A stretch of 64,000 nucleotides of DNA from an uncultured cyanobacterium (GTDB lineage: Bacteria > Cyanobacteriota > Cyanobacteriia > CAKZMO01): positions 128,001 through 192,000 of the forward strand of contig CAVRCJ010000005.1 of the NCBI GenBank assembly GCA_963719515.1, in the 5' to 3' direction. The notes under the pieces are model-generated. The model saw only the letters and a program-made list of their open reading frames with translations, made no database searches and was not told where the DNA came from. Below, in pieces: positions 31,086 through 39,801 of the stretch; position 1 is the stretch's first letter, and every line of letters starts with the position of its first letter. A program made the translations under genes and the position numbers.

Positions 31086-31898
31086 TTAAAGCTCCGGCTC
31101 ACCCAGCTCCCGTAAGCGCTGTGCCAACTGCTCTGCCCGCTGCTCGGCGCTCTCCCGAGCGAGACGCTCTTGTTCAGTATCGGTCAGCAGCCAGTCACCC
31201 TCGCCGTCGCACCAGCGCAGCCAGCGTCCAGCCACGCCCTCAAAGTCTCCTTCCCACAAGCCAAGACCAATTCCTAAGTCTTCTAGCCAAATAGTGGACC
31301 GCTCAGCGCTCAAAGACTGCTCCTGGTAACGCCCCGCGATGAGCTGGAAGTATCGGAGGTGCTGCTTCCGTCTGCAGTAGACAAGGTAGTGGGGAATGCG
31401 TAGAAACTGCTCGTAGACCGTCAGTTTATCTGGCGTTGTGTCTGCAGGCTGAGACGGTCTTGCAGGCTCGCCGCTAATTTTATCGGCGCGGGTATAAAAC
31501 CGCCCGAGGTCTGAGGCTTCGGTGCCGGAAGAGAGAAACTCAATCGCGACGGTGGGCGATGTGCCCTCTTGCCAGACCACGTAGCTGCGGCGCAGGTCAT
31601 GCCCGTCGTAAAGTCTAGGAACGCCGACAGCAAGAAACCAATCGGGACGCTTGAACCACAGGGGATGGTGGACGTCGTAGTAGAGGTTCAGGTCTGAACT
31701 GCTGAACCACTGACTGCGGGTGTAGTCGGCTAGGGAAAGGGTGCGGGCGAGCAGCTGCGGCTGTAAACTATGAAACTCATCTGGCAAACCGGGCTCCCCT
31801 GGAAACTCGCTAGGCAAATCATACATGGTGGGCAGGGTCTTTCGAGGCGACAGGGGCGGATCGCCTTGGGGAACGGAATAGCCTGTGGAATATGCCAT
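31086..31898 (-). CDS. Uma2 family endonuclease
   Basis: LPTMYDLPSE, RPDWFLAVGV, VAIEFLS, WLRWCD. Confidence 0.88.
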   Translation of the reverse strand: MAYSTGYSVPQGDPPLSPRKTLPTMYDLPSEFPGEPGLPDEFHSLQPQLLARTLSLADYTRSQWFSSSDLNLYYDVHHPLWFKRPDWFLAVGVPRLYDGHDLRRSYVVWQEGTSPTVAIEFLSSGTEASDLGRFYTRADKISGEPARPSQPADTTPDKLTVYEQFLRIPHYLVYCRRKQHLRYFQLIAGRYQEQSLSAERSTIWLEDLGIGLGLWEGDFEGVAGRWLRWCDGEGDWLLTDTEQERLARESAEQRAEQLAQRLRELGEPEL

Positions 31899-32232
31899 GG
31901 TGAGTGGCCTTGGGTGAGGATGTTTGCAGCGTTGGCTCTATCGCTCAGGGCAAAAATCAGCGGCCCAAAGCAGTGCATCGTCCGGGCAGTATGGCGCACT
32001 CTACTGTGTGGGCACTTGTTCTCTATTTATTATCCATCCTAGCCTGCGGGAGTTGCCTTCTATGTGCAGCGGATAACTTGCTCTATCGACCGGAAGCCTA
32101 GCTAGGCGCTATCCGGAATTGGGGCTCAGGCCATTGATTCTTTAGTGAAGGCACTGCCGTAGAATGGCCACTACAGCGACAGCCTTGTTGTCACCGTTAC
32201 ATTGATTGAGAGCCTGCACCGAGCCCCCCGCG

Positions 32233-34274
32233 ATGAAAACACTGCCGTTTATCATTGAGAAGTTCGTCCTCAGAGACAGGCGATCGCAGACTGGCGAGCA
32301 AGTTGAGCTGGTCGACGACTTTAAGGCGTTTCCCCAGGGCAGCGATACCGCAATTCCGGGCTACTTTATCATGAGCAGCGCAACGCCCAATATAGATGGC
32401 GACCGCGACTCTAGTGACGCGACCACAGATGGGAAAAGCGCCCGAGCTGCCCAGCAGCATAACCTGGAGAATGCGGCCCAGGGCATTAAGGAGATCGCCA
32501 ACTACCTCTACCAGATCTACACCGACACAGAAAAGTCCCCAGAACTCGTGATCGCCGTCCACGGCTACAACACCAGCCGTAGATCGGTAAAGAGCTGGTA
32601 CAAAGACATCTTCTACTACATCAACCGCTACGACGCGGCGATCGCCGACCCCAAAAACCAGGTGTTCATTGGCTATCGCTGGCCGTCTGAGAGCGTCAGG
32701 GTGGGCCGCCTGTTTGAATCTTTAATTGCGCTACCGCCGCTGCCGCGTGACCTGCTGGTCTTCGGAGGCCTAGCAACCCTGGGGCTACTAGTCATTGGGC
32801 TACTAGAATTATTTCTTTGGGAAAAGCTCGTCGCCGCGCTCCTGCTGACTATTCCGCTATTTATGCTGACGATGCTGGGCCTAATGATGGTCACCTTAGT
32901 GATAATGCGGCTGGTGGTCTACTTTCGCGATCGCTACCGGGCCAGCAATTTCGGCGTCTTGGACTTAGTGGAGCTGCTGCGGCAGATTGACTGGGCGCTG
33001 GTGCAGCTGAAGGCCAACGATATTGCGGACGACATTAAAATGCAAAGTCCGAGCTACTCAGAGACTGAGACCAACAGTAGAGGCTTTAGACCAGGCCACC
33101 AAGGAATGGCGACAGGAAGCGCGACGGGTGAAGCTGTCCTTTATTGGTCACAGCATGGGCGGCTTCGTGGTCACCAACGCGGTGCGCATTCTGTCAGATG
33201 TCTTCGACTCTCGCTCCATTGAGCAGCACCCCCCCGCTGACGTCGGATCCGTATTTCGGCTGGAGCGGCTGCTGCTGGCCTCCCCCGACATCCCGATTCT
33301 CGACCCTGATCTCTAGCCGGGCTAACTTCTTGGCCTCCTCCCTGCGCCGCTTTGCCGAATCCTACCTGTTCACTAGCGAGGGAGATATCGCCCTAAGAAT
33401 GGCCTCCACCACCGCCAACTACATTGCCTTTCCCAGCCGTACCCAGCATCAGGGCTACCGCCTGGGCAACGTCGCGCTGCAGGATGGAGACTTCGGCATC
33501 ATTAACCTCGACGCATTGAACAACGATTTCATTGAAGGTAAACCTCTTCAGGAGATTATTACTGGGTCATCTCAGAAAATTTTATCCAATCTGTTTGTGA
33601 CGGCTGAGCGATCTGGGGCCGATCGCTACGTCACTTTAGATAAGCTCTTCCGAAAGCAGCCTGGACAGGAAAACAAACAGATCACCGTAGCCGATTTTTT
33701 TACTTTCTTCGACTGCACAGACTACAAAGACGTTGAGTTCTCTGTGAGGGATCTGCATCGAACGCGAGAGCCTGGGCTAAGCGGCCTGTTTGCCTGGGCT
33801 AGGGAGAAAAAGCCGCTCGGGCCCTTTGACTATTTTTGGCTGACGGTTGACTACGCGACGCGCAGACTAGACGCCCCGAAGGGCATACTCACCAGCGCTC
33901 AGCGCAAGAAGATGCTGCGTCCCTTTGATTACTTTGGATTAGCCGTCGACTACATCACCGGAAGGCGAGACGTACATGGGGGCTACTTTCGAGGTGAGTT
34001 TACCCAGCAGATAATCTACCGCACGGCGTTTCTGGGGTTTACGGGATACTTAAAGACGGTAGATGACGATCCTCGAAACGCTTTTGACCCCAGCGGCGCT
34101 CTGAGTAAGTTTGACGCCGCCTGCCAAGAGAAAGGCATCCAGGGATTTTTGTCACCCATTCGCTACCGCGTTGATATTCAAAAGCACAAGCTCTCTGAGA
34201 CGATTCGGGAGCTGTTAGTGGCGATCGCCCCACCGCTGGAGAAAAAAGTCGAGGAGAAAGTCAAAGAGGAATAG
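32233..34274 (+). CDS. Membrane-associated alpha/beta hydrolase (DUF900-like), with apparent frameshifts near 33075 and 33300
   Basis: IAVHGYN, GYRWPS, FIGHSMG, LASPDIP, DVHGGYF motifs spread over three frames. Confidence 0.7.
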
Positions 34275-35844
34275 GGTCGAGGGTATAGTTGCGCCAATCG
34301 TGCGCCTCCATCTCGATGATGTGGGGCTGCACGGTGAAGCGGGCGGGTGAATCGGCGCTTACCTCAATGCGGGCGAAAGAGTAGGGGCGACGCTTGTCCG
34401 AGCCGTGGCCGTGGCGGCCGATGAACAGGTGCGATCGCGCTACGGGCCACTGCTTGCCGTCTACGTCCTCAAACAAGATGTCTCCCTCGATTCGCTGCCG
34501 CCGCAGGCTGTAGCCGCTGCCGCCGCACACCACCCAGTTGATGTTGGCGTCGCCGTGGCGCATGTCCTCAGTGCGCAGATAGTCAAAGCAGTGGGCGTGA
34601 CCGCAAAGCACCAGGTCGACCACGGGGCGGCCATCCATCTGCGCGCCCGCCGCTTCGAGCACTTGGTCAAACACCTGCCGCAGCCGGGCGCGCACCCCCA
34701 AGGTCTGGCCCTGGTTCCACTTGGTGGCCTCCGTGATGTAGGGGGGGTGGTGGAAAAACACGACCCGTCCCCGAACTTCGCCGCCCGTTCCGTAATTGCG
34801 CCACGAATCGGTCAGCCGCTGCCGCAGCCAGTCGAGCTGCTCAGTATCCACGTCCATCTTGCGTTGGGTTTGGTCAAGCTGTTTCTCGGCGTCGCGGATC
34901 TCTTCTTCAATTTGCTCGTACTTGGCGTGCAGCTCATCGATATCTTCGGCTTGCTCGGGATCGTTCTCATCCAGCGCCGCTGCCTGCTCTAGAATTCTCT
35001 CCTGCTCCTGCCGCCAGCTTTCCTGCTGCTTCCGCAGGCGATCGCGTCTGTCGTCTCCACTTTCGCTGTCGGGCACCACGAATGGGGCGTTGATGGTGTT
35101 GGAGTCGAGGGCGTAAAACTCGATGCCCTGGTGGCGAAACCAGTAGTAGCGGTTGGGCAGTCGCGTGAACTTGCCGGGCTGGTAGCTCAGGCAGCGTCCG
35201 GTGTCGGTTTGGGCGGTGTAGTGCTGATCTAGGTGGCGCTTTAGCTGCTGGGGGTTCAAGCGCTTGAGGTAGTCTAAAAAGGCGCGGCTGTAGGCGTCGC
35301 CGACGTAGGAGCCATGCAGACCAAAGTTCATATCGAGCTGCCGCCGCAGCAGATAGCGCACCGGCAGCATCACCTGCGCCGTGATGCCAAAGGCCAGGGG
35401 CAGATCGTAGTAGTCGTGGTTGCCCAATACCGGGAATACGGGCCGCTTAAAGGTCATGCGGTCGTAGGCGATGTCTTTGGGGCGATCGCCATCCACCAGC
35501 AGCTCGCGGTAGGGCTTGATAAAGTTGTCGGGGTACTGCTCGCTAGACCCCACTAGGTAAACCACGTCGCCGGTGTGCAGGATAAACTCGCAGTCGTGGC
35601 TCTCCTTAATCATCTGCTCCGCCACCCGCCGCTGGGGGTGATCGCCCCGGTGCTTACCTGCTCCGGTGTCGCCAATGACTAAAAACGAAAAAGCTGAGCC
35701 ATTTTGCCCAGGGTCCGCGCCGTTGTCTAACACAAGCCGCGTTTGGTCAATGCCCCGCGCCTTAATTTCGGCGTGCTGCCAGCGGACCCGCTCCCGCATT
35801 AGGGCGATCTTTTTGAGGATGGGCGGGTCTTTGACGAGTTTCAT
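34261..35844 (-). CDS. Metallophosphoesterase
   Basis: GDTG, GDVVY, GNHD, HHPPY, GHAH. Confidence 0.9.
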   Translation of the reverse strand: MKLVKDPPILKKIALMRERVRWQHAEIKARGIDQTRLVLDNGADPGQNGSAFSFLVIGDTGAGKHRGDHPQRRVAEQMIKESHDCEFILHTGDVVYLVGSSEQYPDNFIKPYRELLVDGDRPKDIAYDRMTFKRPVFPVLGNHDYYDLPLAFGITAQVMLPVRYLLRRQLDMNFGLHGSYVGDAYSRAFLDYLKRLNPQQLKRHLDQHYTAQTDTGRCLSYQPGKFTRLPNRYYWFRHQGIEFYALDSNTINAPFVVPDSESGDDRRDRLRKQQESWRQEQERILEQAAALDENDPEQAEDIDELHAKYEQIEEEIRDAEKQLDQTQRKMDVDTEQLDWLRQRLTDSWRNYGTGGEVRGRVVFFHHPPYITEATKWNQGQTLGVRARLRQVFDQVLEAAGAQMDGRPVVDLVLCGHAHCFDYLRTEDMRHGDANINWVVCGGSGYSLRRQRIEGDILFEDVDGKQWPVARSHLFIGRHGHGSDKRRPYSFARIEVSADSPARFTVQPHIIEMEAHDWRNYTLDPIPL

Positions 35845-35906
35845 TGAGGGTGCAGAGAGGTGAAGTGCCTAAGCCAGTTTAAGCCAGTTTTCGAGCTAGC
35901 ACCACA

Positions 35907-36663
35907 CTACACCTCATCCCGGACTTCTGTCGGCTTTGCGGCGGCAAGCACATATTCTGGGTCATCGTCATCGCCACCGAACAGGCCAAACAGCGGCCCG
36001 AGCGCGGCTCCAAACAAAAAGCCGCCCGCGTGCGCCCAGTAGGCCACGCCGCCGCTCTCCATACCGACGTTGGCCGGGAGCCCCCAGGCTGGCAAACCCA
36101 TAGAGCGCCTGCTGCAAAAACCAGATGCCCAAAAACAGCAGCGCCGGGATGCGGGTCGTGAAGAAGAAGAAGCCCAGGGGAATCAAGGTTAAAATCCGCA
36201 CCTTGGGGTAGCGGAAGATGTAGGCCCCCATGACGCCAGCGATCGCCCCACTCGCGCCCAGGGAGGGAATGGCCGACTCTGGGGCAAAAAACCACTGAGC
36301 CAAAGACGCCAGCACGCCGCAGATGAGATAAAACACCAAAAAGCGGACGCGCCCCAGCTGCTCTTCTAGGTTGTTGCCAAAAATCCACAGGTAGAGCATG
36401 TTGCCCGCGACGTGCAAAAAGCCCGCGTGCAAAAATTCAGCCGACACCAGCGTCCCCCACTCCGAGAAGGTGGCTCCGCCAAAGCCGCTGTGAAAGCTGT
36501 CGGTGAGTTGCTTGGGCACCACGGCCCAGTGGTAGAAGAAGTCGGTGAGCTGCTGCGGGGGCAGCGTGGACTCGTAGAAAAAGAGCAGTACGTTGACGGC
36601 AATCAGCCCGTAGGTAACGTAGGGCGTGATTTTGATTGGGTTTTCATCACGAAGAGGAACCAC
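35907..36663 (-). CDS. Rhomboid intramembrane serine protease (apparent frameshift near 36075)
   Basis: FLHAGFLHVAGNML, GASGAIAG; the catalytic AHAGG motif is in the shifted frame. Confidence 0.85.
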
Positions 36664-36688
36664 AGACAGCGTGACCTGTAAAAATAAC

Positions 36689-37675
36689 TCACTTACCGTA
36701 GCGAATTTCGCCGGGGATTTTCCTCTCTCCTGCGCTAGGTTTTGCCCGGCTTGCCCTCACTTCGTAGGCCAGCAAGACCGCCACCGCCACCGCCAGCGGC
36801 AGCAGAAAATAGACAATGCGGTACACCAGCAGGGCCGCCAAGAGCTGGTCTGAAGGCACCGAGGGAGATAGGATCATCAGCATCACCGTTTCAAACACCC
36901 CCAGCCCCCCCGGAACGCTGCTAAACACCCCGGCGAACTGAGCCAGCAAAAAGGCGCTGAGAACGCTGCCGTAGGGCGGCGAACCGGGTAGCAGGACGGT
37001 CAAAATGGCGGCGGCCAAGGCCCAGTCGACGAGCGTCAGAACCAGCTGGGCGATCGCCAGCGGCAGCGGCAGCCGAGGCAGGGTCCACCGCCCCAGGGTT
37101 AGTCCTCGCTGGCTGAGGGCGCTCCAGCCAAAGTAGCCGAGGGTGATGGCCAGGCCCAAAACACCAACCCGCTGGAGCAGGGCCTCAGACAGGGGGAGCC
37201 CTGGGGGAATGTCGGGAGGGTGGAAGGTAAATACGGTGCCCCCCACCGCAAACAGCCCCACCCAAAAGCTGAGGCTGCAAAAGGCAATGATTTGAGCGAT
37301 CGCCAGGTTAGAAACGCCCCAGCGGCGATAGAAGCGATAGCGAATGGCGCTGCCGCTGAGGGCGGAGAACCCGGCGGTGCGGCTGATGGCGTAGGTCAAA
37401 AAAGCGGCTAGGGCCGTACGGCGGTAGGGCAGCGGGCAGCGGGCAAACCGAGCGGCGAGGGCGTCGTAGCCGGTCAGCGTGAGGTAGCTGAGGCCGACTA
37501 AGGCGATCGCGGTGGCTAGGGCGGCTGGGGGGATGGCCCAGATGCCCTGAAGAATATCCTGCAGGCTATAGCGCCCTAGCTCTTGGCGGATGGCCCAGGC
37601 GCACAGCCCAAATATACCCAGGCCAAGGACGGCAGGAATGATACGGGAGAGTCGGCGCAGGGTGATATGGGGCAT
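36689..37675 (-). CDS. Lysylphosphatidylglycerol synthase TM-domain (MprF N-terminal-like) protein
   Basis: TGYDALA, SGSAIRYRFY, VPGGLGVFE, YRIVYFLLP. Confidence 0.85.
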   Translation of the reverse strand: MPHITLRRLSRIIPAVLGLGIFGLCAWAIRQELGRYSLQDILQGIWAIPPAALATAIALVGLSYLTLTGYDALAARFARCPLPYRRTALAAFLTYAISRTAGFSALSGSAIRYRFYRRWGVSNLAIAQIIAFCSLSFWVGLFAVGGTVFTFHPPDIPPGLPLSEALLQRVGVLGLAITLGYFGWSALSQRGLTLGRWTLPRLPLPLAIAQLVLTLVDWALAAAILTVLLPGSPPYGSVLSAFLLAQFAGVFSSVPGGLGVFETVMLMILSPSVPSDQLLAALLVYRIVYFLLPLAVAVAVLLAYEVRASRAKPSAGERKIPGEIRYGK

Positions 37676-37977
37676 AGGAAGATTTTACGGGAGACCCTCA
37701 GCTTATCTAGGCTTCTGGGGGCTTCGCCCGCCTGCGAGGGCGAAGCGATTCTTTGAAGGGGCGATCGCGAAGTGAGCCTGCAGCGCTGATCGCCTAGCCT
37801 TTTACCACCAGGGCAATATGCTCCAAGATCTAATTGTGCCATTCCTGAAAAAATGACTCACCTTCAGCGCGCGTGAGGTGGAGCCGCTGCTCGGCGTCTG
37901 CTAGCGTTGTGATGGCATTCGGAGTCGCAACTGACATCGGTCGTAAATGGGCCAGAACCCTGCTCGACTAGTCTTAT

Positions 37978-38390
37978 AGAAGACGCCTTATATCCCACCG
38001 CTAAAGCGGTGGGATATAAGGCGGTGAGCGCAGCGAACAATCCCGAAACCCTCACCGTTACTGGGATTTGCTATAATAGAGATGGTCAATGACCCACCCG
38101 AGACGCAGACGCAACAGACAGCCTAACGTGACGAAATCGGCAACAAGCTGATGGCGCGGACAGCTCGGTAGACCGGGAAAAGAGGATAGGGCAACGGAGA
38201 CGACCCTAGAATCAACAATCAACATAGAATTCCTTGAATTCAACAAATAAGAACCGCAGGGCTTGCGGGGATAGTCTGTGGAGCGACCGTAAGACCGGAA
38301 AGGCTTAGGCCTCGAAGGCAGGTGCTATGAAGCAGAAAAATCTTGGAGCGATCCAAGAATCCCACGTGCTTTAGCCGTGGGAGAAGTCAA
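37978..38390 (+). mobile_element. Non-autonomous IS200/IS605 mini-element C (413 bp), related to the tnpB element at 60508-61866
   Basis: Left end AGAAGACGCC..CCCACCGCTAAAGCGGTGGGATATAAGGCGGTGAGCG after TTAT. The last ~115 nt closely match the right end of the 60508-61866 element and finish GTCAA. Confidence 0.9.
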
Positions 38391-38410
38391 TGTATGGCGT
38401 TGGTATGGGT
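38253..38410 (+). ncRNA. Predicted TnpB omega-RNA (right-end scaffold plus flank-derived guide)
   Basis: Corresponds to the tnpB 3' end (TAGLAGIVCGATVRP-coding sequence) through the right-end hairpin, which is the known position of TnpB omega-RNAs. Confidence 0.6.
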
Positions 38411-38485
38411 TGAGTTGGCGGCGATCGCAACAGGGAAATCTGCGCGGGGTATGATAGCGCTTTAAGCGACTGTAGGCGTGGGACG

Positions 38486-39780
38486 ATGACTAGCCGCCAA
38501 GAGATGGAAGACCTGCTCGATGAAATGTACAATGCCTTTTCTCCTACGCCGCTACAGCCAGGAGACCCGGCCTATGTAGATTGTCGGGCCGTTCGGGGGG
38601 ATGAGGATGTGCTGGAGGATCTGGGGCGCACGGTAAGGCGATCGCAGATTTTGACCTACCAACTCTATTCCGGCTACCGGGGCTCGGGGAAAACTACAGA
38701 GCTGCTGCGGCTGAAGAAGCACTTAGAAGACAAAGGCCACGTGATGGTCTACTTCGCGGCGGATGAGGAAGACCTCAGCGTCCAGGACGCCCGTACACCG
38801 ATATTTTGCTGGCCTGCACCCGGCACCTGCTGCGCAAACTCGACGAGGCCAACCCAGACCCAATTCTCGACTGGCTGAAAGGGCGGCTCCGCGACCTAAA
38901 GGACGTGATGCTGACTGAGATTAGCGCAGATGACATCACCATAGAGGTGGGGCTGAAGGAGTTCGCTAAGCTGACGACGGCGGTGCGCCGAGAGCCGGGC
39001 CAGCGGCAAAAGATTCGCGATCGCATTGAGCCCCACACCGAGACGCTGATTCAGGCGCTGAATGCGTTTATTGCCGATGGTAAAGGGCAGCTACCAGAAA
39101 AGACAAAGCTGCTGGTGATTGCCGATAACCTGGACCGCATTGTGCCGATCTTTCGCGACAACGGACGCAGCAACCACGAGGAGATCTTTCTCGATCGCCA
39201 CGAGCAGCTAAAGGCGCTGGACTGCCATATTATCTACACGGTGCCGATTTCGATGGTCTATTCTCGCTGGGCCACGGAGCTAAAGGACAACTACGGCATT
39301 CCGCAGGTGCTGCCGTCGATTATGGTGCGGCAGGAGGATGGTGAGCCTTACGCTGCGGGGTTGGAGAAGCTGCAGGAGATCGTTCGGCTGAGAGTACCGG
39401 AGCATTTGCGGGCGTCGCTGGTGCCGGAGGTGTTTGAGTCGGTGGAGGTGCTGCAGGAGCTTTGTTTGATCAGCGGCGGCTATGCGCGGGATTTGGTGCA
39501 GCTGATGCAGGAGGCGATCAATAGGACGGAGACGCTGCCGATTCGGGCGCGGGCGGTGCAGCGGGCGGCGGATTCGCTGCGGGATGTGTATCGGCGAGCA
39601 GTGGAGGAGGACCAGTGGGCAGTGCTGCGGGAGATCCACAGCGATAGAAAGATCGATAATGGAGAGGTAGAGCGGAGCTTGCTGTTCAGCCGCTGCGTGC
39701 TGGAGTATCGCTATTACGATGCGCAGGGCAGTAAGCAAACCTGGTATGACGTTCATCCGGTGTTGTGGAAGGAGCTGTAG
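38486..39780 (+). CDS. P-loop AAA/STAND-like ATPase (one apparent frameshift near 38790)
   Basis: Walker A GYRGSGKTT, Walker B LLVIADNLD, SGGYARD, C-terminal WYDVHP. Confidence 0.85.
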
Positions 39781-39801
39781 TGGCTGAGCAACTGAGGAAA
39801 G

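Noticed and set aside
38130..38185. Hammerhead ribozyme in the mini-element C cargo (CTGATG..., GAAA)
   Set aside because: The core reads CTGATGG rather than CTGANGA, and I could not build the three stems.
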